From Tubiluchus corallicola (taxonomy: Eukaryota > Animalia > Priapulida), in the NCBI GenBank assembly GCA_030141605.1, contig JAQGDQ010000019.1, positions 248,001 to 312,000 of the forward strand: 64,000 nucleotides of DNA, given 5' to 3'. The notes beneath the pieces were generated by a model. It did not search any database, was not told where the DNA came from, and worked only from the letters and a program-made list of their open reading frames with translations. Numbering within the stretch: the stretch's first letter is position 1; each line of letters opens with the position of its first letter. Shown in pieces: positions 1-15,200 of this stretch. The position numbers were made by a program, and so were the translations under genes.

Positions 1-289
1 AAAATCACTGTGTTTTCTAAATATTTTGCGACAAATCAATAAAGTCAGAAAAAGCAAAAGTGTCATATTTATTAGCAGAGGGATGAAGGCCTCTTAACCT
101 CAACCCCTGCTCACCCAACAAAGTTTTTGTCAATTTCGTGCGATCATGGATTGCCTATCACCGGTCAAATTTAATTGCTTTACACAGTAAGCTGTGGGAG
201 AGAAGGTGCATATAATCAAATGACTATATAACCACATATAATCACAAACTGTAATTTAGGGATACTGTGAAATACAATAAAGTTCTTAC

Positions 290-3200
290 CTGACTAGGCT
301 TAAGTAATTGTGAAAAGACTCGCGTCTGGACAAATAAATATTGAGGTCTAATTGATGGCGGATCATCTCCTGCTAAATTCTATAATAAAATAAAGTTTGT
401 ACCTAGTTATAATAATCTAAATGTCAGCCACCTAATACCAATAGTGAATTAGATATCACATCAAAGTAATATAACAAACGAAAATAGAAAAGTTCTGCAC
501 AAAAACTGTAAAATTGGTTACCTGCTTGCACAAGAATACATTCCATATCAGTAATAATTTTTGGCTTTATATTTATTTAATTGCAATTTTCTCAATTCAA
601 TGCCATTAAGAAGTTTTAGAAAATATCTGTAAAGCTCACAATGCTTTTGTGATTCTTATGCACATATGGGGTGCAATGGTTAATTCAATTAACTCTTTAA
701 TGCATAGCAGAGATTATCAGTTAATGTGTGACAAATACCCTCAGTAAAACAAGAACAATGGGTGAAGCCTAAAGACTATCTGGAGCCCTATTACTTTAGC
801 AAACACTTCTTTAAAGAAGTTTTAGCCCTACTGTGGACATTAAGAACTAATTTTATCACAATACAAAGTTTGTTCAGATAACAACCAGTTTTCATAAAGC
901 AAACAAGAATGACAAAAAACAGAACACAAATTATCTTGACACTGTGCTGCTGTTTTCAAAAATTCAAAATGCGCTAAGGCAAGTAATCAGCAGCTATCAT
1001 GCTTTATCAGATTTCGGAATTTGACTGGACACTCCACATGTGCTCAAACAGCCAAGAAGCTAGTTAGCTGTTCTCCTATATTGCCATAATTAAATAGCAG
1101 CAGCATACTTTGACCAAAATTTACAAGTGATGAACCTAACAAGTGCCAGTTGAAGCAACCAGTAAGGCGTTCGAAAGAAACTGCATATAACCAATATGCA
1201 ATTCACAAGGATACGAGCCACGACTGCTTTCTTTGTGTTATTTCTTTCATCCTTGAATGAATTTTTTTCAATTTTGATATTCAGGCAAAGCCAATTTACA
1301 TAAATTGCTTTTATACACTGAATTTAAAGGTCCTCACTATGTCGTTTATGCTAGCTCTAATCAAGTTAATCCGGTTCATGTAAGGTTTCACTGCTTCAAA
1401 GTGTTGCACAAATCTTAGTGGCCTTGCTATGTGTAACATTGGATCCATGTCTTTCATTGCTTCTAAATGTGCCATCCTGATGAAGACTGAAAAAGATAAG
1501 CTTAAATGAGCATCAGTTTATAACGGATTCACTTGAAACTAGCATAATATACAGTCAAACCTCATCATAATGCCCCCTTTTATAACACCAACCTCAGTTA
1601 ACACCCATGTTTTTGGAAAACAAAATGCCCATATCCACATAGATGTGTATATTAATATAAACCTTGTTATAATGACAAACTCACTTAATGCCAACTTTTT
1701 TGCAGTTCCAAATTAGCAGTAAAAAGAGGTTTGACTGTACTACTAGTAGTATTAACAGCATTGGTGTTGCCATCTACTTAAACAGTTAATAGTGTACATT
1801 TAACCTAAACTAAATTGATATGAAGTGACCAAACCATAGACTGTAGTTAGTAAAATGATTTTTGTTGTTTTAGATTTAGAAAAAGTAGCAGGGCTAATTC
1901 CTGTGATAATTTATTAAAAAGTGTGTCTAAAAGCATTGTTCAATCCAGAACTTGGCAATAACTACAGATTTTCCTGAGACAGACCTGCCACATACTATTC
2001 CAAATTAAAACTTTCAAATGCCAAATGCAAAATTTCATGTCTAATTATTGCCATTTTTGAACTATCAGGAGATGATTCTATTTATCTATTGATAGTAGAT
2101 AAACTATCAACAATGTATGGTAAATTGATTCAAAATACCAATAATGTGAAACAAAATTATTTAAGTTAAACAGAAACAAAGATATTTCTGTCGTAAGTAA
2201 TCTGAGTGATTCTCAGTGAAGTTAAAATGTTTTCTGTCAGGTGAATGATGGATAACGTTTGTTCAAATGAAGGTCACGGTGAACTTATGATCCTGTTCTC
2301 CCTGGAAGTGTTCAAATGAAGTATGCGAAAGCATATTGATACTACAGTTCCGCACACTAAATAAGGCTTCTGCACATGTCATGTTGCCATTATTTAACCC
2401 AAAAAATTAAATAACCAAACTACACACAGAAAGCTCATTCTTTCGTTTAGAATGTACGTTAGCCAAATATGCAAGAAATGCGATAATTCAGCCGCAGAAT
2501 TGCTGCAGAATCAATATCAGTAACTTCAAAATCTACGATAGTGAATAAACTGATGCTTAATTAACAAGTAACTGCCTTGCCAGTCACATATTCTACCAAA
2601 CCTGTTGTCACCAAATCAATGCTTATAAATCACTATTGCACCACTGTATGTGTGTGTATGCCCATGCCACCTCTGCAGTGTATGCATAATACTAAATTAC
2701 TGATATAAATTATACTCACTACAACCAGCCATAAAAGCATCAAAACCAGCTTCATGTATTGGAGAGCTCTCACCTGAAATATTAAGTGCTACACCTTTTT
2801 CTGAAACATATTCTGTGAGACTACTAACTCACGTATAAGAATAAAACATCACAAATTTTTCTGTGTTGCATGTTATTACTTAAAAAACATTCATGTCTTT
2901 TGGTCATCAGATACAAGCTACCTGTTATTATGTTATAACAAATGTAAATGATCTTGAACTAAACAGTAACAGTTTTATATAACAATAATATGTAACAGTT
3001 TAACATGAGATGCAATATTAGTCAGCCTAAATTCACATTATGAGCCTGTTAAAAATACGAAAATAAAAAGAACAGAATTGGTTTATTTTTGCCAGTAGTA
3101 TGTATACGTATTGGTAGAATATAAATACATGAATAGTAGCAAATACTTCTTGCTGCAGGACATTACTACCACATTTCAGAACAATGAAATTGCAACAACT

Positions 3201-6200
3201 GCATCATTCATTAGATGGGTCTTTTGTAAACTAATAGTTGACCCATTCAAGGAAATCTAACACTCTTAGGGAATGACATTAGAATTTTCTAGACAAAAGG
3301 CTTACCCACAACATTGAAGAGGGTTCATTATTTTTAAACTGTAATGGTCGTCATAGTTTTTGTATCTTTATTGTTAGTTGTGGCTAAGACTCTTCCATTA
3401 CAACAAATAATACAAGTAAAATACATATTTGCCTCATACTACAAAAATTGTTTAGGCATGGAATGTCTACATTTTCCCACTAATTATTAAGCAGAATTAA
3501 AGGTGGTTAACAGTTGTGCTGAGTCGCTTTAATCATGTAGTGCATTTAATAACAATAAAGTGTGTAAATATGTTCTGAACTAAATAGCTTGCCTTGCTAT
3601 GTTCACTTAGTCTGAGGTGTGTCTGTTGAGAAGCAGCAATGATTTAACAATTGCAAAAATTCACTGCATATATCATATATGCATAAACTAGTACAAAACT
3701 GCACTTACTGTATTGCACATGATTATGTGCATGCTTTATAGATGGGCAGAACAGTACAGCACCAATCTTCATATATTCTGCAAATGCTAGATGTAAATTC
3801 TGTAAGCCGGTGTGATCAAACAATCCGGTATCTTTGTATGGCTGTAATAATAAAGGTGGCTGTATTTGCAAGTATACAGAAAAATGCAAGGAAAGCAAAA
3901 TTAGACAAAAAAAATTGTGTTATGAAACAAATCGATTCATGCGACTGTTTATAGCTTTTTCTTAAAAGAAAAACAGCCCACTTTATTACAAGAAGCTCAA
4001 AACATTTGTTTCAAAATTTACATGATTTCCAAACCTGTGGTCACCAAATCAACGAGTTTTATATTGTTTAATTGTTAATGTTTGTTTCAAAAACTTGTAA
4101 AAAACATCATGCTTAAAATATGACATTCCAAACTTTAGTGCAAACAGTCAGAAACTGACTTGTAAAACTTATTAGTAAATGTCGGCATCTACTAATTATA
4201 ATTCCTAATTACACCTTTTGTGGAAAATAAGCAAAAGTTACCTGGTACACAAAATTATATTTAGTGAATGAAAGATGAATATATTCTAAAACTCGAAATC
4301 TCATTAATGCATTGCACACACACACACAACACTACATGACTGTCAAAACTCTCATGTAACTAACTAATGAGAAACCTGAAATACCTTTCTAAAATTCGCC
4401 GAGATGTGTTTTGTGTCAAATACAAATGGAAAGAGAGCATTCACATTTTCTTTAAACTTTTTATAACTGTCTACAAAACAAATGCCAAAATCTAGATAAA
4501 AGCAATTAAAAGAATAAGGCAGTAAGATCAACAACAATAGTAATGGAAGATATGCGTTTTCAACTAATACAGCTGAATAAAATGTGCAGTTTAGCAACTA
4601 GTCTGAATGTTGAAACATTGGGCAACTCACTTATTGAGTTTTTTTTGTTCACAAGCCTGGATATGTCATTTAGAATGCCATTGATCATTGATACGGAAGT
4701 CATTTTTCGTAATTAACCCTATTATGACGTCACACTGTAAAAACTGGCCAAAAACTTATTATTTAAACAGCAACGAGAATGGCATTATGGCAAAACAGAT
4801 TGCTTTATAGAGCTACTTCGCAAGACAATAACCCAAAAAAGATAAGAATGAAATACTGAGAGATAGATACTACAACAAAAAGAATTTTAAATACTAAGAA
4901 GCATCAAGAAAATAACAATAAATGCCTAAACAATTCTAGTTGTATCTTCTATCAGTTCTAGCATTACTCACAGGAAAGATATCTCCAGCATAAATAGACA
5001 TCAAAGTCTTTCTTAAATTCTTGTGTTATAGATTTTTTATCCAGATTATCCGACCATGCTTATACAGCAAAGCACAGCAAAATTTTGAAGAAAGAAATTG
5101 CTTCCCTGAATATAACGATTAAGTCATGACATACAATTGCTATTCATCAAAATAGGTAGATTTTGCAATAACATGTGAAGCGTTACATACCTGGCAGGGG
5201 ATGGTAAAACTTGTCGTGCATCAGCATCAAATCCAAGAAGCAATTGTGTCCTATAAGTGGCTTCTTGTATTTCACCAACAAACGAAAAACACGTGTAAAA
5301 CCCAACATGTCTGAGACAATCCTTTAAAAAAGTTCAAGCAACAAATGTTACAAATAAGTCTAGTAACTAAATCTCATATGATATTTCAAAAAGACCTAAA
5401 ATTAATTTTAATTAATACAGATTTTTGTTATTTCTCACAGCACTGCTCCAACAGTTGTGTGTTGTGTGTTATGTCGATAACAGTGTGTGCTCTACGACTG
5501 ATGTGTATCATAGCATCATAGCATATTTCAACAACAAAACCTGACAGACAGGTTAACCATCAGTCCATGACATAAAATAAAACTGCTACATGGCTTTAAG
5601 ATCAAAAAGGACGATGACTTAAAACCAAAGACGTAAACCTAATGGCAATGCCAAAGATCTAGAAAAACTCGCGACACTGGACAGGCAGACAGGTGTGAAT
5701 TCCGGCAATTGATGACGTCATGCAACAGTTTGCCTAGTTTAAAACTTTTTCTGTATAGGAAATCAATAGTTCAACCAATAGAAAGTATCAATATGGGCGT
5801 CCTGTTTTAACACGGGGATAAAAACTTTATCCTGTAGGTTGGCTGGCCAGGTGTCCTTACAAAAGATACGAGGCACTCTCTCACCTGTTCAGTTCAATAT
5901 GATAAATGATGTCATCAGCATACATCAGGGCTGTTATCGTTATAAGCTGACAGATCACATATTAAGGCAACATGATATAGTAATTGGGAATAGGGTGGTT
6001 CTAGTGTCCTCAAGTTTACTGATTTGTGATTTATGGAAATTTTGGACATGCTTGGAAATTCAGGCACTATTATATGATCTTACTTGGGATAACCACAGCA
6101 TAGAAAATTCACTTATCTGCTTAGCACAAGCCAGCATTCCAAATGTAATTGAAGTGCTCCTCCTTGAACAAAGATGAAAATTTCAAAACTGGTTTAAGAA

Positions 6201-9200
6201 TAACTTCTGACTCGATTTTCCTCCCTCGCAAAAGCATCTATACTCTTATATTAATATTCTTGGTATATTTATATATATATATATATATATAAGATTCGAG
6301 GCTACAGCCCGGACGAGGGCACCATTTGCGGCGATCTATATATCAAACGAAAGGTCTCGATCTAGTGTCTTCTCATTGATGGTTTATTTTTCGAATCGGG
6401 CCCACCGGGAGGAACGGGGGGCGAAAAAAACCCAAAAATGGCCCCTTTTCGGCCGTTTTTTGCAAAAAATTGCAAAAGTTATACGGCTGAGATGTAGAGA
6501 ACGGGAACGGGCCGAGGGGGGTACTGGGTATGGATAGATAGCCCGTTCAGCGGTGGGTGTAGTAGGTATATTTAGAATTCGCGAGAGGGCCAGGGCACCC
6601 CGCAACGGGCGTTTTCTCGGACCCAACTCGCGATTTTTTCGAAATTTTGACCAAACAGCATGCGGGAAAAACGTTCTAGCGTCGCCCGGTGGGACTCTAG
6701 GAAGGAGATATATAGCTCATCAGAAAGAGGAAGGACAGGGCTACACGATGATGTGGGCTATATGTTAGGGCAGGTCCACCGAGAGGAGTACTAGCGAGTT
6801 AATTAGATGTTCTATTTTCGGCAGTTTTCGTTTAGAAAACTGTCCTAACGCATTCCATTGTGCTGACGTCATCCATTGTACTCTATAACTTTAATTCAGC
6901 AAAATGCTGCTCTGCGTTGGATAAACAGACATACTGTCACATACAGTAGGCATGATGTTACGGGCTACAGGCTTTGCTAGGTAAGTAGGCAGGATGTTAC
7001 GGGCTTTGTGTTATAAATGAGGACTAGGTAGGATGGTCGCGTATTATTAATTACACGTGTATTTATACGCAAAATCTTTTGCGGGGCCTTTGCTAGTTTT
7101 GTATTAATATGTTAATGTATTAATGTTTTAATATATACCTGTACAAATGTAACCCGTTGTTTCTTGGATTTATTTTTAGTTTGCATGTTGGGCTATGTTG
7201 GTCCAAAATTAATGTTCCACATATTATTTTCATTAGGAACTCATCTTCATAAGACTAGACTCGAGGTTTTGAACCAGATGCAGCTATCAGATGATGATTC
7301 AATATAATGATCGCACAATATAAACGAATTTCGCTAGATGATAGTATTGTATGCTATCAGACATATGCTAGCCAAGCAATACTTCATTATTGCAAGTTTC
7401 AATTCACTGAGAATAATTATTTTTTATGAATGTAGATATACTTGGCAGAATGTTACCGTTCTTTTTCCAGCTTATTTTCTTCTTCTATAGCAGCTCGTTT
7501 TGCTTCAGCAACCTTTTCACATTCTATCTGAAAGCATATTGATGTGTACAAACTGAACAGACAAAATGTTAATAAAAACAATATTATGAGAAAGATAAAA
7601 GACCTACAAGTTTTGAGTAACAGCAGACCAAACATGGTTCTTGAAATTGGTGACTATTAGCATTTTTATGGATTCGCTGCCCAGCTTAACAAAACGTGAA
7701 ACTGTTCTTGTTTGGAAAGCAAAAAGGTCAAGCAGTTTTGTTAGTTTGGTCATTTCTTTAGTAGCACCACAGTCTAATATGGAGCTTATATCCTAACATA
7801 GTAACATTAAATACAAAAAAAATAATCTTTATAATTATGCCACGTGGCTTTTTTTAATAAAATCTGAAAAAGAGTAGTAGGCTTTCTGATACGTATGCTA
7901 TATATGGTAAATACAAACTATAAAATAATTAAACTAAAATAAATCAAGTACTCACTGACATTTTATCTTTGCTCCGAGTCCAAACATTTGGAAAACACTC
8001 TCTTAATACTAAATGAATGGTATAATCAGAAACATCTGAAAAGAGACAAAATGCTTGTAAAAATAATCAGCAAATATGCACTTTGTCAGCATCAACTACC
8101 AGGCGAACGGAAAATTAAACAAAAAGTTTAATTCTGATTAGAAAATTAAAATTTTGCAAAATAGGTAATTTAAGATCTACTGTAATAGATTGAAACACTG
8201 ACAGATTTATTTTAACAGACTGTGCCTTTAACTATAACTTTCTTTCTACTTGAATAGAAAATCTATTGAGGAAGCATTCAATACATTTTCATAATGGTGA
8301 AAGCAGTCAAGATATGGTAAAAATTAGAAATCCGTATGTCACATGAATCACTTAGAAATCCGTATGTCACATGAATCACATTACAGTCTAGACAGCAAAA
8401 AATTGAGCAGAAATCTTGAATTGAGCAAGAAATGTGCATGATTTTGAAGCTGCAAATGCAGTTATTTTTATCATGATATACTCGTGTTCTGCATAACAAA
8501 CAATGGAATTTAGTATAACATGCTAATTATTTAGTTAGAATTTTAAATTATGTATAAATAAAATGATGATTCACAAAAGCATTTGCAAAATCCTGTATAC
8601 TGTTATGTGTGAATGCTCTCACGGGCATGTTAGGACCATTTAATAACTATCACTCTAGCTGACAATCTGTAAAAGACTACACATTCTGTGTGACTTACTG
8701 TTTCATTATGACCTACTGTGTGACCGATGTTTCCACATATCTTTTAGTACTTAACAAATCAAACAAATAAGGTATTTTCAATGAATGTTCTTAAAACAGA
8801 AAACAGTAAACACGAAAATATACATATAAAAATGAATTAGCAAAACTTACATAGAGGTTTTATTAGTGTCAGCTTGTCATCATCTTTGGCAGTGGCTAAC
8901 CACTCACTGACTTTTGAGTTCAAATCCTGCATCTGCCATTCATCATAATTGCTAGGAATACAAAGAATGTAAGACACTGTTTAGTAACTTAATATGATTC
9001 TAGGAGCGCATTCAGACTAGCGAGTTTTCTGTCGTGGGTTTTCTCTGGCGAGTTATTGTTGGCAAGAAATTGCAAACTCTGACAGTTGCTGCATGTTGAT
9101 TTACTGTCTAGCGCGAAAGCTCTGGCAAGTTACTTTCACAACTTCTCACAGCGAATAGGGAACTGACTGTCAGCTCGCACTTCCTGTCAGAATGTAACTT

Positions 9201-12200
9201 GCAGGAAGATTCGCTTTCTAGTCAGAACATGAGTCTTTCTAGTCTGTCTAGTCTGAACAGTATTTTGGTGAGAAAACTCGCTAGTCTGAATGAAGAATAG
9301 GGAAACAGATACCTAAATTGCTGGCAAAAGTGAATCAATAAATCGCAGCTTTGCAAACATAAATAAGACCAGATAAACAACATTTGATACCTCAGTATGA
9401 ATAAAAAATTCGGGCTCAATAATGCTACATTACCATTTATAATATTTTACAAAAACCCATGGAAATCAACAATGCCTCACCTCACATACTCATGCAAACA
9501 TTCACAAAATCATGTCTATTGTTTTGTGTACGAAATACCCTGACGGTCATTTAATGTCATTAAGTTAGAAACATTTAATAACTATCACTCTAGCTGACAA
9601 TCTTTAGCTGATATTCGTTTTAACAACTACTCGTCACTGCTATCTCAAGTCTTGTACTAGACCATGAACACCGAATTTACTCAGCATTGCCTTAACTTAG
9701 CCCTCAAACTTGTGTATAGAATTTGCAGCTAAAATAATCTAATCAATAAAGGTGGCTTGCCTGAATGAGAAACAATCACTGGAGCAATCAAGCTCCCCCA
9801 AACTTTCACTTCAGAGGTAATGATAATGGTTTTAGCAATCGGCCACAATAACAACAATCATTTGCCTATAATCTACATATTGTGCTCATATGTGCCTCGT
9901 ATCTCCTGATACACAGCAACTAGATTAAATTTAGTTGTAGTTTTCAAGTTTCACCATGTGTTAATGATGACCTCTATGTAAGAATATTAACAAATTAGTA
10001 AGCAAGGTCAGTCAAAAGCTGTTTGCTGTTTATGTCACACTCTTATCTAGACTAGAGGAAAAGGTGGACGATCTGGTCACTAATTAAATTATCAGGTATA
10101 AGCATCAGCCCAAATACTGTAGGTATGCAAAAGCCATGCAAAAGAAAAAGTATGTTACTGCAAATTGGTTTCTGTTAGGACAAAACAAAAATTTAATATT
10201 TGCCATTAATTTAATATTGGCCATTAATTTCCATTCATTATTTGCTCTGGTATTCTAAAAACAGACAGTAAACTATTTGTCAATTATGTGCTACTCATTT
10301 TTCATAAAATGCTAATATTCACTATTTGTACTATTCATTGTTTGGCAAAGGCATAATCAGCATCCATCACTTTTTTCATTCAAAATCACCCCATTATAGC
10401 AAAAAGAATGCATTTTTGGCATCGCTATCGTCACACCAAAAGGTTTATACATGGAAATGGGAAAATCTTTACGACATCTGATGACCCCAGCAAAACAGGT
10501 GAGACACAGCTTTTTACATAATAGCTCCCGGAACTTACAGCCAATTCTAGTAATAGCTGGAATAAGTGATTGGTTAACAACAGGCAGCAAGTAACATAAC
10601 TGTTGCTGAAGAAATTCTTTTAAACCTTTCATCATAATCATACCTGTTTTCACCTGTGCTGTGTGATCCCTCCTCAATGTTTTTTCTCAGTAGTTGTTCT
10701 TGTTCTTCGTTTAGGTAAGAAATTCCGCCATAAACAAACTGAAAGATTTGATGAAAAATTTCAGTAAGGCTCATATCTTTTTACTTTTTTTTGAGCTAAA
10801 ATTTCACAAAACTTCTGTCGCTGTTTACCACAAACAACTTAATCCTTTTTTCTTATTTTTAAAAATCAGATATAAAAAGTCCTCGTCCATTTACTATGAT
10901 GACAATACTTAAAAAAAGCTTATATTTTTTACATTGCAGCCTTCTAAAAATGGATTCCACAGATATATACTTTCACTTCTCTTCAAGCTGCCAGTTACAG
11001 TGTATGTATGTCAATATGATGTAAAGTGGCGTACTACATTGCTTGTGTGCGATGAACTTGTGCAATGCAGAAAAACCATTTTATCTCCCAAGAAAATTGA
11101 GAGAAAAAGAGACATCAACCCATCAAGCACAATTTACTGTATGAAAAAGGCACAATGGATGCCCTATATACACAAATGTTCAATGAATATATATATACAT
11201 ATTCTGAGCCATAACTCTGTGCAGCCATCATACATTTGTTCTTTAAGGTAACTCCTGACACCATGATTTAAAGAATTAAGTCCCATATATTTCTTGACAA
11301 GAAATCTTAGTCAGCGATTTATTTTCTGCGGTGAAGACTATGATATAAACTGGCTGATTTCTTTTTGTTTTGCCGTCATGAAATAAATACTTTGTACATA
11401 CTTTCTACAGCATCAAAGCTGTTTTCTCACTTGATGATTGGTTCCGACACTTAGATTTTGAACACGTAAAAGTTTCTCGGCCATAACTTAAAAACTACTA
11501 AAAATATAAACTATAATTTTCACAGCATAAAGTCAATGTATTGTAATATCATGCTGTTAAATTTCAACTTTGTAGAGACTTGCTTCTAACATTGTTGTAG
11601 TCTAAACTTCAGCATACTTGTGCCAAGCATTATAAAATTTAAATATTCATGCCAGGATGTTATGTCCTGCAGAAACACAGGATCACTTATGATTTACTAC
11701 AACAAAATAGTCATGAAACATAGACTACCTACAACACATTGAAATTGCATGCAACAATGTTACTAAAGTGCTCCTTTTTAAACAAGTGGTATAATGGGAG
11801 ATGCATATAACAAAATTAATGGTATCTCCAGGGACATTAAATGAACAAATAAATAAACATCAAACAAATGTATGAACAAACATACAAAGGACTGACTAAA
11901 CAAATGAATTAACAACTTACACCCAAATAAACATGTGAACAAAACAATAAATTAAGTAAACATTATACATTCTAAATATTATCAATTAAAGATTGACTCA
12001 GCTAATTACATCTTGGAAGCACTATGCAATACTTACCTTGTTAAAATCGAAGTTGTATTTACATAAGAACTCTAATGACGATGCCTAAAGTAGAAGCAAA
12101 ACTACATTAAAATCTTACACACTTCAGCAATTTTGTGGCACAAATATGATTTTTGTGTTTTTTGCTTCGTTTTCTTTTTTGCATTATGGTTGATCAAGCT

Positions 12201-15200
12201 CTCATTGATAAACAAACTGGATACCTTGTAACAACAGTCTTTTTGTCTACATTGTATGTTTGTATTTTCATTTCTTTTTCTTCATAGTCTCTTGCTCAAA
12301 GGCACACTTTATTCAACATCAACAATTTGCCACCATACAATAGGTCATCATAATTATCAAACATTCCCGTGTGTTGTAGACACAACACACATTATGACAC
12401 TAACTTTCGAGTTATTAACAAACTGACATACATGCGTCAACAATTACAATTAATAATAAATAAATAATGTGACGATTTCACTAGTTACATTTAGTAAATA
12501 TTATTTTCATTAAAAGATATTTATGCGCAATAAAATTTACCCAGTTAGTTATTTATTAAGTTAGCTTGACAAATACAGTGAAATATCTGCTGTATTACCT
12601 GGCATAGAAATTTAACGTCAGTGGAGCCAAAAGACCTTGGATAAAGGTAAAAATTAAAGGTGTGTGCTTCATACCTACAAATAAATTAAAATATTTCTTA
12701 TAGAAATATGGAAATAAACAAAAAGTATGATCTAGGCATACAACTATTAAAATATGAAAGACACTTACTGATTTTCATTTTCAACCTTTGTGAAGATGGA
12801 TAAGCCGAGCTGCATCATAGTGAACTGTGACACGTCCTTTCGCTTCTTCGCATACCTAGCAGGCCCATTGTCAAACAAACTGTCCTTTGTACTGACTTGA
12901 GATAGCAAACCAGTAAATTCAGAATCAAAGGCTACGAAGAGAAACAATTTGCCAGATTTTAGTTTTAATGCAATGATAAGCTGAACTGGACTTTGTCTTG
13001 AGACGTTGTCTTTAAGTCATGCAACAAAATACAGAAATTAACTATGCAAATATGTATTATCATGACACTTTTTTGTCAGTAGTCCACTATTATCAGCATT
13101 TTTGAATTACTGCAGATATAAAATTTCAGTGGTGTCAAAATAGTTTTTGTATCAATAATTTATCTGTATGCATAGACACATGATGCGACAAAATAATTAA
13201 GCTAAAAAATTTTGATTTGGTATAAGACTTTTCTGTAGAAACTGACAATAAGTTATTAATCAACAGGCCTGGTATGGTAGTGAATGGATGTAAGTTCAGC
13301 TGAACCAATGGAATAATGCAGGGTTCCGTCCTTGGACTAATACTTTTGATATTTATAACAATGACCTACCAGAAATTATAACAAACAAAAGTAAACTTTT
13401 TGCTGATGGTACTAAATCATGTGATGATTGAGTGTCCAGTGAAGATGACCAGTAGTGTATCCAGTCTATTATTAACAGCATTAATGATTGGTGTGGTAAA
13501 TGGCAATGGCTCTTAATCATGATAAATGTCAGATTACGACAGTGGGAAGAGCAAATATCGACACAAAGTGCACAATGAGCAGTGCCGCATCAATATCTTT
13601 TTGTGAAGATGGAATATGCAGGAATGAAAGGCAATCTCTTCGCATTGTTCCAGTATTGTGTGACAAACCGCTTTCAATGTGTGGTCTTGAATGGCACAAC
13701 CACATGCTGAAAATATGTTAGTAGTGGCATATCTCAGGGCTCCCTCAGTGGTCACTATTCTTTCCTAATCTTCATAAACGTTATTACGAATTGCATATTA
13801 AGTGGAACATCATTGTTCTTGCATTTTGATGAATTAAAGCCATACCATCAGATATGGTATGACAGTGATAGGTGTATGCTACAACTCAAACGCAATAACA
13901 TTGAAAAATGGCTATTGGAGCTTAAAAAAGCAGGAGCCATCTTTTGTGTATCCGTCCTAAGACACAAACTCCATATTATCTTAAAGACGGACCAAATGAG
14001 GATAAATCATCCATTAAAGAACTTTATGTTACAATAAAGAATGATTTAAATTGGAATGTCCATATAAGCAATATCACTTCACAAGCAAATCAGCATTATA
14101 GGTATCACATATTTGGTGATCAAACATTTATCACAGCCAGGAAAACCTCGGTAATCATCACACTTTACAAAGCTGTTGTGCACCCAATTCTTGAGTATGC
14201 TTTGGTAGTCTGGTCACCGCAGTATTCCACTCTTAAAGCATCTCTGGAAAAAACACAAAATCAATGTGTTCGACTAGCAGTCACTATCTGACGATGCTGA
14301 CCTTTCTACGATATCAACTCTGGAACAATGGAGAGAGACTACTAACCTCATCAAATGTTATAAGATGGGTCATCCATTCACCAGGAAGATGATTTTTCAT
14401 GCCCTCCTAAACCCCTCCAAAGTATTTGTTCCCTTTTCATCCTACTTTTTCGCCTCCCGTGTCATCGACACTTGCAACAAATTACCCAAAGCAACCACTC
14501 AAGCACCATCTTTCAATAATTTTAAATCGAATTTGAGAAGGGACCGTAACCGAGTTCAATTCTAGGTCCCCATGACTTTGAAATGCAAGATTACTAGGCA
14601 AGAAGAGACTGCTTGCTTGCTTATTGCCTTATCCAATACCTTATCCAAAGAAATAAGGACCTAGATGGTAACTATCTATAAACGGTCATCTCTTATATCA
14701 TGCAGGGCACTTTATTTATGACTTTAGTCATACATTGCATAAATAGCTTATTTAATACTAATTTCAGATTTTATTTATGACTATTTATGACGTGTCAAAT
14801 TTTGACCAAAAATGCCATCCTGAGCTAAAAAGAAATACATATTTTTAATCAGAATCTTGTATTTTGCCTTTCTTCGTTCTTCATTACATTAAAATGTAAT
14901 AAAAATGTCTACTTTCATCATTCCAAGGCCTGAAGTTTCTCGTATTGTTTTGCATGCAGGCATCCCTCCAGACTGAAATCCGTGATCGTGTTTCTATACT
15001 CATCTTTGCACATTCCAAGCAAGCTGAAGTCCGCTTCCACACTTGCGGTATTGGGGAAGGCGGATGCGAAACCACCAGCAAAATCCATCAGATTCGAAAG
15101 CATGCGAAAATCTTTCCAGGCGGTTGAAAATGGCAGAGATTCCCAGTTTGGGGTGTCCAAAGCTTCTTTCGTTGGCATCTGATCTCTGTACATCTTCAAT

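Noticed and set aside
6384-6768. ORFs 6384-6626 and 6553-6768, and their counterparts at 46701-47228, as a duplicated protein gene
   Set aside because: They lie inside the non-autonomous Helitron, and the frames and stops differ between the two copies
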